From the IMG/VR virus record IMGVR_UViG_3300017917_003379: DNA of 64,000 nucleotides. The stretch is one strand, 5' to 3'. Under the pieces are notes generated by a model. That model searched no databases. It was not told the origin of the DNA and worked only from the letters and a program-made list of their open reading frames with translations. The stretch's first letter is position 1. Every line of letters begins with the position of its first letter. Positions 49,876 through 58,375 of the stretch are shown here, one piece after another. The DNA is from a virus. The position numbers and the translations under genes are program-made.

Positions 49876-50670
49876 ATGATATCATTAATTATTCCCACAT
49901 ATAGAAACCCTGAATATTTAGACATCTGCTTAAAATCAGCAATTGATAACCAAGTAAACAAAAATGAAATTATCGTTTCTGTTGATGGACATATTGAAGA
50001 AAGTCAATATGTTTTAGACAAATATAAAGACAGTATTGTTATTTTAGATTTAGGAGAAAATCAAGGATTTCAAACTTCCCACAACTTAGCTGTCATGAAT
50101 GCTAATAATGAAACCATTTGTATAATAAATGATGATAATGTTTTATGTAAAGAGTGGGATGTACTTATAGAACAAGATTTTGATTTAAATAAAGTAATGA
50201 CTATAGAACAAATCGAACCTGTTGGGCCTAGCATATTTGGTTTTCATATCAAAGATTTTGGTAAAACTCCTAAAGATTTTGATTATGAGGCTTTTATCAA
50301 ATATGAATTAACTATTAGAGAAAACAAACTAACTAAAGATGGAGGAATATTTCCTTTTGTTATTTCAAAGAAAAATTACATGATAGTAGGTGGATTTGAT
50401 ACTTTATATCCATCACCATATGTATGTGATTGGGACTTTTTTCTAAAATTAGATCTCAATAATGTAGAATTTTACAAAACACATAATTTACATCTTTATC
50501 ATTTTGGTAGCACAGTATTAAAAAAAGGAATCGACAAGGACAAATTTGCCTCTTCTCATAACCCAGCAGCAGAAACTTTCTATTACAAATGGGGAATGTA
50601 CCCTCACTTATTTGAAAATAACAGCCATAAACCAAAACAAACAATTATTAAGGGGATAAAATATGAGTAA
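49876..50670 (+). CDS. Glycosyltransferase family 2
   Basis: IIPTY, NDDN, GGFD..Y, DWD, YHFGS. Confidence 0.85.
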   Translation: MISLIIPTYRNPEYLDICLKSAIDNQVNKNEIIVSVDGHIEESQYVLDKYKDSIVILDLGENQGFQTSHNLAVMNANNETICIINDDNVLCKEWDVLIEQDFDLNKVMTIEQIEPVGPSIFGFHIKDFGKTPKDFDYEAFIKYELTIRENKLTKDGGIFPFVISKKNYMIVGGFDTLYPSPYVCDWDFFLKLDLNNVEFYKTHNLHLYHFGSTVLKKGIDKDKFASSHNPAAETFYYKWGMYPHLFENNSHKPKQTIIKGIKYE

Positions 50671-51289
50671 ATATAAAGCCATAATACCATGTGCTGGCTT
50701 TGGAACTAGAATGAAGATGCTCCCTCATCAAGCTAAAGAATTATTACCAGATGAGGATGGTAATCCAACTATAAATTGGTCTTTAGATATATGCAAAAAA
50801 TATAATATTGATCCTATAGTAGTTACTAGACCTGAAAAGCAGGAATTTAATAGTTTTTTATCTCAAAAAGGAATAACTTATGTACTTGATGAAGGAAAAT
50901 CAGTAGGGACATCTGTACTACAAACAAAAAAATATTGGGGAGATTACAATATAATGTTGCTTCCTGATACTAGATTTGAATATGATAGTAAATTTTTTAT
51001 TAATATTTTTAAATCTATGGAAGTAGGTAATGATTCAATGTTTGCTTTATTTAGTGTAGAAGACTATTCTAATTGGGGAATAATATGTAATAATACATTT
51101 TATGAAAAACCCAAAAGACAATTTGTAAAAGAAGATAACGCTTTTGCTTGGGGAGTAATAGGGTTTAGAAAAGAATATGGGGAAACTTTATTTAGCAGTT
51201 ACAATTTAACATCACCCCCTTTACTTTTATCTAACCCAGGATATCTATTTATTGAGAATTTTAGAGATATTAGTCGAAAATATGTTTAA
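50663..51289 (+). CDS. Sugar-phosphate nucleotidyltransferase-like protein
   Basis: IIPCAGFGTRM....KELLP, LPD. Confidence 0.8.
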   Translation: MSKYKAIIPCAGFGTRMKMLPHQAKELLPDEDGNPTINWSLDICKKYNIDPIVVTRPEKQEFNSFLSQKGITYVLDEGKSVGTSVLQTKKYWGDYNIMLLPDTRFEYDSKFFINIFKSMEVGNDSMFALFSVEDYSNWGIICNNTFYEKPKRQFVKEDNAFAWGVIGFRKEYGETLFSSYNLTSPPLLLSNPGYLFIENFRDISRKYV

Positions 51290-51318
51290 ATAAAATATTT
51301 ATAGGAAACTCCCCATCT

Positions 51319-51861
51319 ATGCCTAAGCAGCATCGTTCTAAATCAGAATCATTAAGTCGAATTATAACTCTTGGTGATATAGAAACTGATACAGTAAACG
51401 ATATTATTCAATTTATACATGAAATAAACGAAGAAGACGCTAAAAAACAAATAACAAACCCAATAAAACTCATAATCAACTCAGGCGGTGGAGAAGTATA
51501 CAGTGGACTTGCTTTAATAGATACAATTGATAACTCGCAGATTCCAATCCATACTATTTGTTATGGACGAGCTATGTCAATGGGGTTAATAGTATTTGCT
51601 GCTGGTCATTATAGAACAGCAAGTAAATATGCTACATTTATGTATCATGAAGCAATATATGAAATAGAAGGTAAAGTAACATTTCATAAACAAGAATTAG
51701 CAGAAGCACAACGTATTGATGAAATATGCAACCAATATTTAATTTCTAAAACTAAATTCACAGATAAGTTATTAAAACCATATAGAGATAAACAAACTGA
51801 GTGGTATTTTGATGTAAAAACAGCACAAAAATATGGATTAGTTGATGAGGTTATAAAATAA
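51319..51861 (+). CDS. clpP: Second ClpP-like protease
   Basis: INSGGG, AMSMG, MYHE, EWYF, YGLVDEV. Confidence 0.82.
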   Translation: MPKQHRSKSESLSRIITLGDIETDTVNDIIQFIHEINEEDAKKQITNPIKLIINSGGGEVYSGLALIDTIDNSQIPIHTICYGRAMSMGLIVFAAGHYRTASKYATFMYHEAIYEIEGKVTFHKQELAEAQRIDEICNQYLISKTKFTDKLLKPYRDKQTEWYFDVKTAQKYGLVDEVIK

Positions 51862-51888
51862 TTAATATTTATATATAAACATATTAAA

Positions 51889-52191
51889 ATGGCAGATATA
51901 AAACCGAAATTGCGCGTGGATGTGAATAGTAACCCTACTAAAAAGGGTATTAAAGTGCAATTTGTATTACCTCAAGAATTAGAAGGAGATTACAAAACTG
52001 AAATGACACAAAAGTTACAAACCAAATTAAACCAAGGTCTAACTCAGTATAATTTAACCGTATCTCAAGATACAGATGTACCCTATAATAACGTTATTGG
52101 GTTCTTAATTCCTATAGCTGATATTAAGTTATTAATTAAGAATGTTTTAAAAGGTGGAAGTGGTGTTTCTACTTCTGAAGAAACAAAGTAA
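51889..52191 (+). CDS. Hypothetical protein
   Basis: 100-aa ORF after ATATTTAT. Confidence 0.55.
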   Translation: MADIKPKLRVDVNSNPTKKGIKVQFVLPQELEGDYKTEMTQKLQTKLNQGLTQYNLTVSQDTDVPYNNVIGFLIPIADIKLLIKNVLKGGSGVSTSEETK

Positions 52192-52208
52192 TAATTAAAA
52201 AACTAGTT

Positions 52209-52529
52209 ATGGTTAAAACAAAACGTAGAATGAGAAGAAAAATCCCTATACTTCGTGTTAAAATAGAACCAGGGGCTCATTATTCTCAACTAACAGAAAT
52301 TCCAGAAGTAAAACAAGCTGTTATAGAAGAAGCGATATGTGCTATTAAAGACGGAATTACACGTAATAAATCTTCTATTTTTCTATTTGAAGTAGCCTAC
52401 TCAGATTATTATATTGAGTTAGAAAAAACAAAATGGAAATCTACTCTTGAAAAAGTACTTGAGTATTATATTGAGAAAGAAGATTATGATAAATGTATTG
52501 AAGCAAGAGATTTAATTAATAAATTATGA
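52209..52529 (+). CDS. Protein with C-terminal UVR-like motif (paralog of 55149)
   Basis: LEYYIEKEDYDKCIEARDLI. Confidence 0.55.
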   Translation: MVKTKRRMRRKIPILRVKIEPGAHYSQLTEIPEVKQAVIEEAICAIKDGITRNKSSIFLFEVAYSDYYIELEKTKWKSTLEKVLEYYIEKEDYDKCIEARDLINKL

Positions 52530-52960
52530 ATGAAGGAGAAAAGCACGCAGAAGGAATTAAAAGTTCTATTGACGACATTATAGGTGTTGATACAACACTC
52601 AAACTAAAGAGAAAATCAAGTGAAGACATTCAACGAGAAAAATTTGAAACTTTCATTCGTTTGATGCAAGAAGTAGAAACACGTAGTATACTAATGGCTG
52701 AAGAATTACAACTTGATTTTTCAGCATATGATAAAAAATTTTATTCTGTTATTGACCTAATAATGGAAATGCATTTTGGAAAAGAAGCAACTGAAATTAT
52801 ACTTTTTTATCTATATGAACAAACAGACCCAGAAGAATCATTTGATAAAATATTAGATGAAAATAATAATCCTATTCCATTAAATAATGTTGCTGATTTA
52901 TGGGAAGTAGTAAAACTACTTCAATCACAGAAAAAGCTTGGTAGGCAAAGAAAAAAGTAG
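52526..52960 (+). CDS. Hypothetical protein
   Basis: 144-aa ORF. Confidence 0.55.
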   Translation: MNEGEKHAEGIKSSIDDIIGVDTTLKLKRKSSEDIQREKFETFIRLMQEVETRSILMAEELQLDFSAYDKKFYSVIDLIMEMHFGKEATEIILFYLYEQTDPEESFDKILDENNNPIPLNNVADLWEVVKLLQSQKKLGRQRKK

Positions 52961-52968
52961 TATATTTA
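52937..52968 (+). promoter_or_regulatory. Phage promoter
   Basis: CTTG-N20-TATATTTA with GGCAAA. Confidence 0.6.
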
Positions 52969-52993
52969 ATTTAAATAAAAAAATTACAAAAAC

Positions 52994-53158
52994 ATGAAAA
53001 AAATGATCGCCGTTGCCGTAATTGCAACCTTTATTGTAGCTTGTAACAACAATGCTTCAAACACACCTGTAACTACTGATTCAATTAATGTTGACAGTAT
53101 TATGGTAGTTAATGACACAACTGGAGTAGTTGATACTACTGACAGTACTGCTAATTAA
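52994..53158 (+). CDS. Small lipoprotein (54 aa, not in ORF track) with multiple D-S/T sequons
   Basis: MKKMIAVAVIATFIVA-C lipobox; own promoter and terminator. Confidence 0.8.
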   Translation: MKKMIAVAVIATFIVACNNNASNTPVTTDSINVDSIMVVNDTTGVVDTTDSTAN

Positions 53159-53163
53159 TTAGT

Positions 53164-53190
53164 GGGGCGTATGCCCCCTAATTTTTATTT
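53164..53190 (+). terminator. Rho-independent terminator
   Basis: GGGGC-GTAT-GCCCC plus T-rich tail. Confidence 0.65.
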
Positions 53191-53202
53191 TATCTATTTG
53201 TT

Positions 53203-53802
53203 ATGCCTGCTCCTAAACCCATTACTAAAGATGATATTTTAAGAGCAATACGATTTACAAAATCTAATCGTGCTGCTGCTCGTTATCTAGGTTGTAGTTA
53301 TCAGCATTATAAACCATATGCTAAGTTATTTAAAGTAGACGAATCTGATCCAAACTCACCTACTTTATTTGATATCCATAAAAATCAATCAGGAAAAGGT
53401 ATTCCTAAATTTTTACCTAATCGAAGAAAAGAACCAAATGTAAAACTTATATTTGAAACAGGTACAGGATATGAATCATTTGCTCCTGAAAAAATTAAAT
53501 CACGAGGAATAGCAGAAGGTTATTTAAAGGATGAATGCTACATGTGTGGTTTTTGTGAACGTAGGGTAACTGATTATAAGTCACCATCTTTACTTAATTT
53601 TAAAGACGGAAATAAATCTAATTATTTAATTGATAATTTAGAAATACTATGTTATAATTGTTATTTTTTATATGTAGCTGATCCTCTTACTCCTGATCAG
53701 ATAAGACATATTGAAGATAACACCACTGTTAAAGCTGCCCCACATAATTGGGATTTAGATGATAATCACTTAGAAAACATGAAAGCTTTAGGACTTCTTT
53801 AA
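53203..53802 (+). CDS. HTH plus degenerate HNH-like Zn-binding protein
   Basis: SNRAAARYLG; CYMCG...FKDGNKSN....NLEILCYNC. Confidence 0.6.
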   Translation: MPAPKPITKDDILRAIRFTKSNRAAARYLGCSYQHYKPYAKLFKVDESDPNSPTLFDIHKNQSGKGIPKFLPNRRKEPNVKLIFETGTGYESFAPEKIKSRGIAEGYLKDECYMCGFCERRVTDYKSPSLLNFKDGNKSNYLIDNLEILCYNCYFLYVADPLTPDQIRHIEDNTTVKAAPHNWDLDDNHLENMKALGLL

Positions 53803-53847
53803 TTTAGGCAAAATCTTTTTTTATATTTAAATAAATAAATAAGTTAT

Positions 53848-54141
53848 ATGAACGGTTTACACAATCAATTTGCAGGGTTTGATATCCCCGATGAAATGAA
53901 ACAAATGTATCGAGCTGGTTTTCAACCATTTGGACCTAAAAATGTTGCTAAATTAACTTTATTTCTTCAAGAAAATAAAATTGAAAATTTTAATGAAGTA
54001 TATGATTATTATGCTTCAATTAAACCACAGCGACAAAAAGGTGAATCAAATGAAGAATTGAAAAATCGCTCCAATTTTACCAAAGTAATTCAAAAATACA
54101 AACCATATTTTTATAACTATTCAGTATACGAAAATCAATAA
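53848..54141 (+). CDS. Hypothetical protein
   Basis: ORF after promoter GGCAAAA...TATATTTA (53807-53829). Confidence 0.55.
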   Translation: MNGLHNQFAGFDIPDEMKQMYRAGFQPFGPKNVAKLTLFLQENKIENFNEVYDYYASIKPQRQKGESNEELKNRSNFTKVIQKYKPYFYNYSVYENQ

Positions 54142-54143
54142 TT

Positions 54144-54359
54144 ATGGCATCTTATTTTCAAGTAAAAGTTCAGTTTACTGTTGAAGACAGTAAAGGTAAA
54201 GTAAAAAAACAAAATGTACTATATTTAGTAGACGCGCAATCCGTTACAGAAGCTGAAGCTCGCACTGTTCAGTTTCTAGAATCACAAGGTGAACGAGAAT
54301 TTGAAGTAAAAGCAGCTTCTGAATCTCCAATTGCTTATGTTTTAACTACAATGGATTAA
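54144..54359 (+). CDS. DUF4494-like protein
   Basis: GKVKK...YLVDA.S.TEAEAR. Confidence 0.7.
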   Translation: MASYFQVKVQFTVEDSKGKVKKQNVLYLVDAQSVTEAEARTVQFLESQGEREFEVKAASESPIAYVLTTMD

Positions 54360-54369
54360 AAGCATAGTT

Positions 54370-54446
54370 CGGGTTGTTGGGGAGCCCGGTTACCCCGCCT
54401 GCTTTGGGAGCAGGAGAACTCGCAGGTTCAAATCCTGCCAACCCGA
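54370..54446 (+). tRNA. tRNA-Pro(TGG)
   Basis: Acceptor CGGGTTG/CAACCCG; anticodon arm CCTGC-TTTGGGA-GCAGG; T arm GCAGG-TTCAAAT-CCTGC. Confidence 0.92.
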
Positions 54447-54453
54447 CTAATTA

Positions 54454-54527
54454 GGTCCGGTAGCTCAGCTGAATAGAGCAGCAGCCTTCTAAGCTGCGGG
54501 TCATTGGTTTGAATCCAATCCGGATCA
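54454..54527 (+). tRNA. tRNA-Arg(TCT)
   Basis: GGTCCGG/CCGGATC; GCAGC-CTTCTAA-GCTGC. Confidence 0.92.
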
Positions 54528-54531
54528 CAAC

Positions 54532-54613
54532 GCCCTGATGGTGGAATTGGTAGTCACGCTAGACTTAGGATCTAGTATCGAAAGATGTGAGAGTTCGAGT
54601 CTCTCTTAGGGCA
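54532..54613 (+). tRNA. tRNA-Leu(TAG)
   Basis: GCCCTGA/TTAGGGC; CTAGA-CTTAGGA-TCTAG; long variable arm. Confidence 0.92.
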
Positions 54614-54643
54614 CGAAATTTTTTTATATGAAACAGTAAACAC

Positions 54644-55135
54644 ATGGAAAAAGTATTCAAAACGTTGAGTAACAATAAGGAAGTTAATCTTATTGATTAT
54701 ATTAAAGAATATAAAGAAACTTACCCTGATATTGAAATACTTATTGGATGTGATTCTCAAAATAGAATAACTACTAAAAAAATATTCAAAAAAGAAACAA
54801 TATATGCTGTAGTAATTGGATTATACCATCCTGGTAAAGGTGCTCATGTGGTATATTCTAAAATTATTACTTCAATGGAAAAAGAAAGTATTGTTCGTTT
54901 ATTAAATGAGGTTTGGTTTTCTGTTGAAACAGCTGAATTGATTAAAAATGAACTTGGAATTAAAGCTACTTGGATAGATGTTGATATAAATGCCGATGAA
55001 AAATATAAATCAAATGCTGCTTTATCATCAGCATTAGGAATTGTTCGCGGTATGGGATATAATGTTAGATATAAAAATTCAGGAACATACACACTACCTA
55101 TGGTTACTTATATGTGTGATCATATAGTAAAATAA
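54644..55135 (+). CDS. RNase H-like YkuK (DUF458) family protein
   Basis: IGCDSQ, RLLNEV..S, D.N....YKSN, terminal DH. Confidence 0.8.
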   Translation: MEKVFKTLSNNKEVNLIDYIKEYKETYPDIEILIGCDSQNRITTKKIFKKETIYAVVIGLYHPGKGAHVVYSKIITSMEKESIVRLLNEVWFSVETAELIKNELGIKATWIDVDINADEKYKSNAALSSALGIVRGMGYNVRYKNSGTYTLPMVTYMCDHIVK

Positions 55136-55148
55136 AATATTTATAAAC

Positions 55149-55475
55149 ATGGCATGTCATTATTTATACTTAAATAATTCAGAAGAATTTTTTAGTTTAT
55201 TAAAAAATCGTGATCGAGATCTAGTATTAAAAATGGTTAAGTGTGTAATTAGTGCTGCTAAACGAAATAAAGATAGTATAGATATATTTGAAATAACATT
55301 TAAATCATTAGACGAACTAGTATTTACCATTGATAAATCACAATATAAAGAAATGTTAACTAATTGTATGGAAGATTTAATCAAAATGGAAGAATATGAA
55401 TTATGTAGTGAAGTAAAAAAAATATTAGATAAAAAAACTCGTAAACCAAGAAAAAAACAAAATATGGGGGCGTAG
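55149..55475 (+). CDS. Protein with UVR-like motif (paralog of 52209)
   Basis: DLIKMEEYELCSEVKKIL; 3' end overlaps the tmRNA 5' end. Confidence 0.55.
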   Translation: MACHYLYLNNSEEFFSLLKNRDRDLVLKMVKCVISAAKRNKDSIDIFEITFKSLDELVFTIDKSQYKEMLTNCMEDLIKMEEYELCSEVKKILDKKTRKPRKKQNMGA

Positions 55476-55854
55476 TGGCAATTGATTCGTAATGTGAAAG
55501 TAACACTACATGCAGGCGTTTGGTAATGTCGCCTTAGAAAATTACAAACAGTAAATGACGAAATGTCAACTATGACCTTCGACGACCTTATGGCGTTCGT
55601 AGGCGCCGATTACGCTGTAGCAGCCTAATCCGCATCGGGTGTAAGTAACCTAGGAACAGAATACTACCGAGTATTTCACAATCTACTCGTTAAATAACGA
55701 CAGTGAAATAGTTTTCTCTATAGTCATAAAATAGAGTGGTGGAGCTGACCATAACCAGTCATCCCTTACTGATCAGATTTATCAGATCTAAGCATGTGAA
55801 ACGTTGGTGTTATTATTCCTTATGAAGACGAGGATTCGACTTCCTCCGCCTCCA
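55466..55854 (+). ncRNA. ssrA: tmRNA
   Basis: Acceptor GGGGGCG/CGCCTCC-A with G3-U wobble; T arm GAGGA-TTCGACT-TCCTC; tag frame 55557-55628 encodes DEMSTMTFDDLMAFVGADYAVAA*. Confidence 0.93.
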
Positions 55855-55856
55855 CT

Positions 55857-55886
55857 AAAGGCAACCTAAATTGGGTTGCCTTTTTT
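55857..55886 (+). terminator. Rho-independent terminator of tmRNA
   Basis: AAAGGCAACC...GGTTGCCTTTTTT. Confidence 0.88.
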
Positions 55887-55903
55887 CATATATTTATACA
55901 TAT

Positions 55904-56236
55904 ATGAATAAATTTTGGAAAGATATTTTAGATAGTAGAAAAACTTCCTCTTCTAAGAGGTTAGTTACATTAATAATATCTCTCCATTTTGTTTTAGCAT
56001 CATTTGTTATTTTATTTTTAGTACTATACGTCATAATGTATCTACCTAAAGGTAAAGTAGAACCAGAATTATTAAATGCTTTAAAACAAGTATTAGAATA
56101 TGATTTTTATATTATATTATCTGGTTTAGGTTTTGTCACTTCAGAAGGTATTGTAAGCATGATAGTTAATAAAAAAATACCTCCATCCGACCCCTCCTTT
56201 CCTGAAAATAATCCTCCTGTTCCTCCTGCTGAGTAA
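55904..56236 (+). CDS. Two-TM membrane protein (holin-like candidate)
   Basis: SSKR followed by TM helix, second TM, Pro-rich tail; ATG at 55904. Confidence 0.5.
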   Translation: MNKFWKDILDSRKTSSSKRLVTLIISLHFVLASFVILFLVLYVIMYLPKGKVEPELLNALKQVLEYDFYIILSGLGFVTSEGIVSMIVNKKIPPSDPSFPENNPPVPPAE

Positions 56237-56271
56237 TTAAAAAGGCAAAATTTTTTACTTATATTCATTAT

Positions 56272-56811
56272 ATGAATTATAAGTTAATAAAAGTTCCTTA
56301 TCAAATAAGGTTATTTATTAGTCGAATTAAAAATCTAATTCGTTGGTTTCCTATTATTTGGAAAGATAGAGACTGGGATGACCATTATATTTGGGAAATA
56401 TTAAAATTTAAATTAAAAAATCAGGCACAATATATTGGTTACCACAACAGACATGTGTCTGCTAAACGAGACGCTGAAATCATGATGACGTGTGTTTGCT
56501 TAATTGATAAAATTCAAAATGAATATTATCAGTCAGAACACATGAATTATCATGAATCAGATTATAATTGGGTGGATTGTGATATACCAAATCACAAACA
56601 ATTAGAAATTGTAGAAAAATCAGAACATTATGATGATTATTTTAAAAAATACCCCCACATTTATAAGCAAGTAATTAAGGCTGAAAAGTTACCGTTTCAA
56701 AAAAATGATAAAGGAGGAATAGCAATTAATATATCTCATATTAATCACAATCGTGCCCGCAAATTGCTTTTTACATTAATGGAAAGAAATATTGAACGTT
56801 GGTGGGATTAA
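56272..56811 (+). CDS. Hypothetical phage protein
   Basis: WFPIIWKDRDWD...WWD. Confidence 0.6.
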   Translation: MNYKLIKVPYQIRLFISRIKNLIRWFPIIWKDRDWDDHYIWEILKFKLKNQAQYIGYHNRHVSAKRDAEIMMTCVCLIDKIQNEYYQSEHMNYHESDYNWVDCDIPNHKQLEIVEKSEHYDDYFKKYPHIYKQVIKAEKLPFQKNDKGGIAINISHINHNRARKLLFTLMERNIERWWD

Positions 56812-56964
56812 TTTACATAACATAAAAAATTTTTAAAAATGAACTTACTAATCTTGTTTCTATTTTATTTAGTCTTTATCTTTACAGCATCATATTTTAT
56901 TATTAAAGATGCTAGTGAAGAAGAAGTAGAAGACAATAATATTACAATAATATAAAATTATAAT

Positions 56965-57693
56965 ATGAGAACTATTTTTATTGGCGATATTCATGGTGAT
57001 AATGTATGGAAACAAATTGTGAATAAAGAACCTCACGATAGAGTTATCTTTATTGGTGATTACTTTGATTCATTTGACATCAGCACTGACGACCAAGTGA
57101 ATAACTTTCTTGATATTATGGAGTACAAGAAAACAAGCGGAAAGATTGTTGTTTGTTTAATTGGAAATCACGACCACCATTATTTTAGTTCTGTTGGTAA
57201 TACAGGAACATCAGGTTATCAAAAAGTCGGCAATTATGTTATTAATCCTGTCATTGAAGCTCATAAGGAACATTTGCAAATCGCATATAAGTTTGACAAT
57301 ATCCTTTGTACACATGCTGGTGTTACTAAAACATTTATAAATTCAATATTTGGTAATGATGGGTGGTCATTGGATACGGTTGATGAAGATTTGAATGAAT
57401 TGTTCAAATACAAACCACTATCGTTTTGTTTCGATAGTGTCAACTCAGGTATTTATTCAGACCCATATGGGGATGATATTCATCAATCCCCTATTTGGGT
57501 TCGACCTAAATCATTACAAAAAGATGGACTTGATAAAAAAGAAATAATTCAGGTTGTGGGACATACTCAACAAAATCAAATTGATATTAAAGGGAAGTCT
57601 ACAGGTGGAAGATATTTTTACATTGACACTTTACGTACTAGTGGTGAATATCTTATTTATGAAAATGGTACATTTAGTGTAGAAAAAATTTAA
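56965..57693 (+). CDS. Metallophosphoesterase (calcineurin-like)
   Basis: GDIHG, GDYFD, GNHD, THAG, GHT. Confidence 0.92.
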   Translation: MRTIFIGDIHGDNVWKQIVNKEPHDRVIFIGDYFDSFDISTDDQVNNFLDIMEYKKTSGKIVVCLIGNHDHHYFSSVGNTGTSGYQKVGNYVINPVIEAHKEHLQIAYKFDNILCTHAGVTKTFINSIFGNDGWSLDTVDEDLNELFKYKPLSFCFDSVNSGIYSDPYGDDIHQSPIWVRPKSLQKDGLDKKEIIQVVGHTQQNQIDIKGKSTGGRYFYIDTLRTSGEYLIYENGTFSVEKI

Positions 57694-57695
57694 TT

Positions 57696-57899
57696 ATGAA
57701 AGGTAAAGGAAAACATAAACAAAAAGAATTTATAGTCATGAATTCTAATTTAGAATATTTTTGTGGTTTAGCATATGGTGGGCAACTAGTATGGTGTAGT
57801 GATTACAATGAAGCTAAGCCCTTAAATGATGAACGTAAATTTCAAACTTTACAATATTTGTGCTATGGCGAAGAACTTTTATTAGATTATATTAATTAA
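57696..57899 (+). CDS. Hypothetical protein
   Basis: 67-aa ORF. Confidence 0.5.
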   Translation: MKGKGKHKQKEFIVMNSNLEYFCGLAYGGQLVWCSDYNEAKPLNDERKFQTLQYLCYGEELLLDYIN

Positions 57900-57909
57900 A
57901 ATTTAAACA

Positions 57910-58131
57910 ATGCAACCAGTTTATCCTAAAGACAATGGTTATTTGGAACAAGCCAAAGAAATGTTCCGTAAAAAAGTATCTAATTGGAATTGGAATGATA
58001 GTAATGATAAAGGTAGATCTAATAAAGGACGTAAACCTAAACCATCAACTCGTGTTGAATCACGTCCTAGAACACAAGGTGAAAGACAGGCATTAGAACA
58101 ACAAAAACAGTTAAATAAAGTAAAAAAATAA
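57910..58131 (+). CDS. Basic hypothetical protein
   Basis: 73-aa ORF. Confidence 0.5.
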   Translation: MQPVYPKDNGYLEQAKEMFRKKVSNWNWNDSNDKGRSNKGRKPKPSTRVESRPRTQGERQALEQQKQLNKVKK

Positions 58132-58143
58132 AAATAAATAAAC

Positions 58144-58320
58144 ATGGAGATAAAATTCAAAGTAGGAGACAAAGCATGGAAACCAAAAGGATATAAATTT
58201 CCTTGCACAATTGTATCAGTTTTTACTACTACCAAAGGTGACATTAGAGTAGTTGCTGAAATGGATAATTACGGTTTATTGCATATTTTTAATGAGCAGC
58301 AACTTGAACTTTGTGACTAG
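58144..58320 (+). CDS. R67/DfrB-like (type B DHFR fold, SH3-like) protein, 58 aa, not in ORF track
   Basis: FKVGDKAWKPKGYKFPCTIV...E...GLLHIF...LE aligns by eye to the R67 core with a single gap. Confidence 0.6.
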   Translation: MEIKFKVGDKAWKPKGYKFPCTIVSVFTTTKGDIRVVAEMDNYGLLHIFNEQQLELCD

Positions 58321-58326
58321 GCATTT

Positions 58327-58357
58327 TTTGTAGGTCAAAAAAGATAAATTATATTTA
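58327..58357 (+). promoter_or_regulatory. Phage promoter
   Basis: TTTG-N19-TATATTTA with GTCAAAA. Confidence 0.6.
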
Positions 58358-58375
58358 GTAAAAATAAAAATTAAA

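Noticed and set aside
34696-51289. Bacterial chromosomal LPS/capsule locus (host contamination)
   Set aside because: Same strand, leaders and promoter motifs as the flanking phage genes, interleaved with phage-type ORFs, and no wzx/wzy/wza
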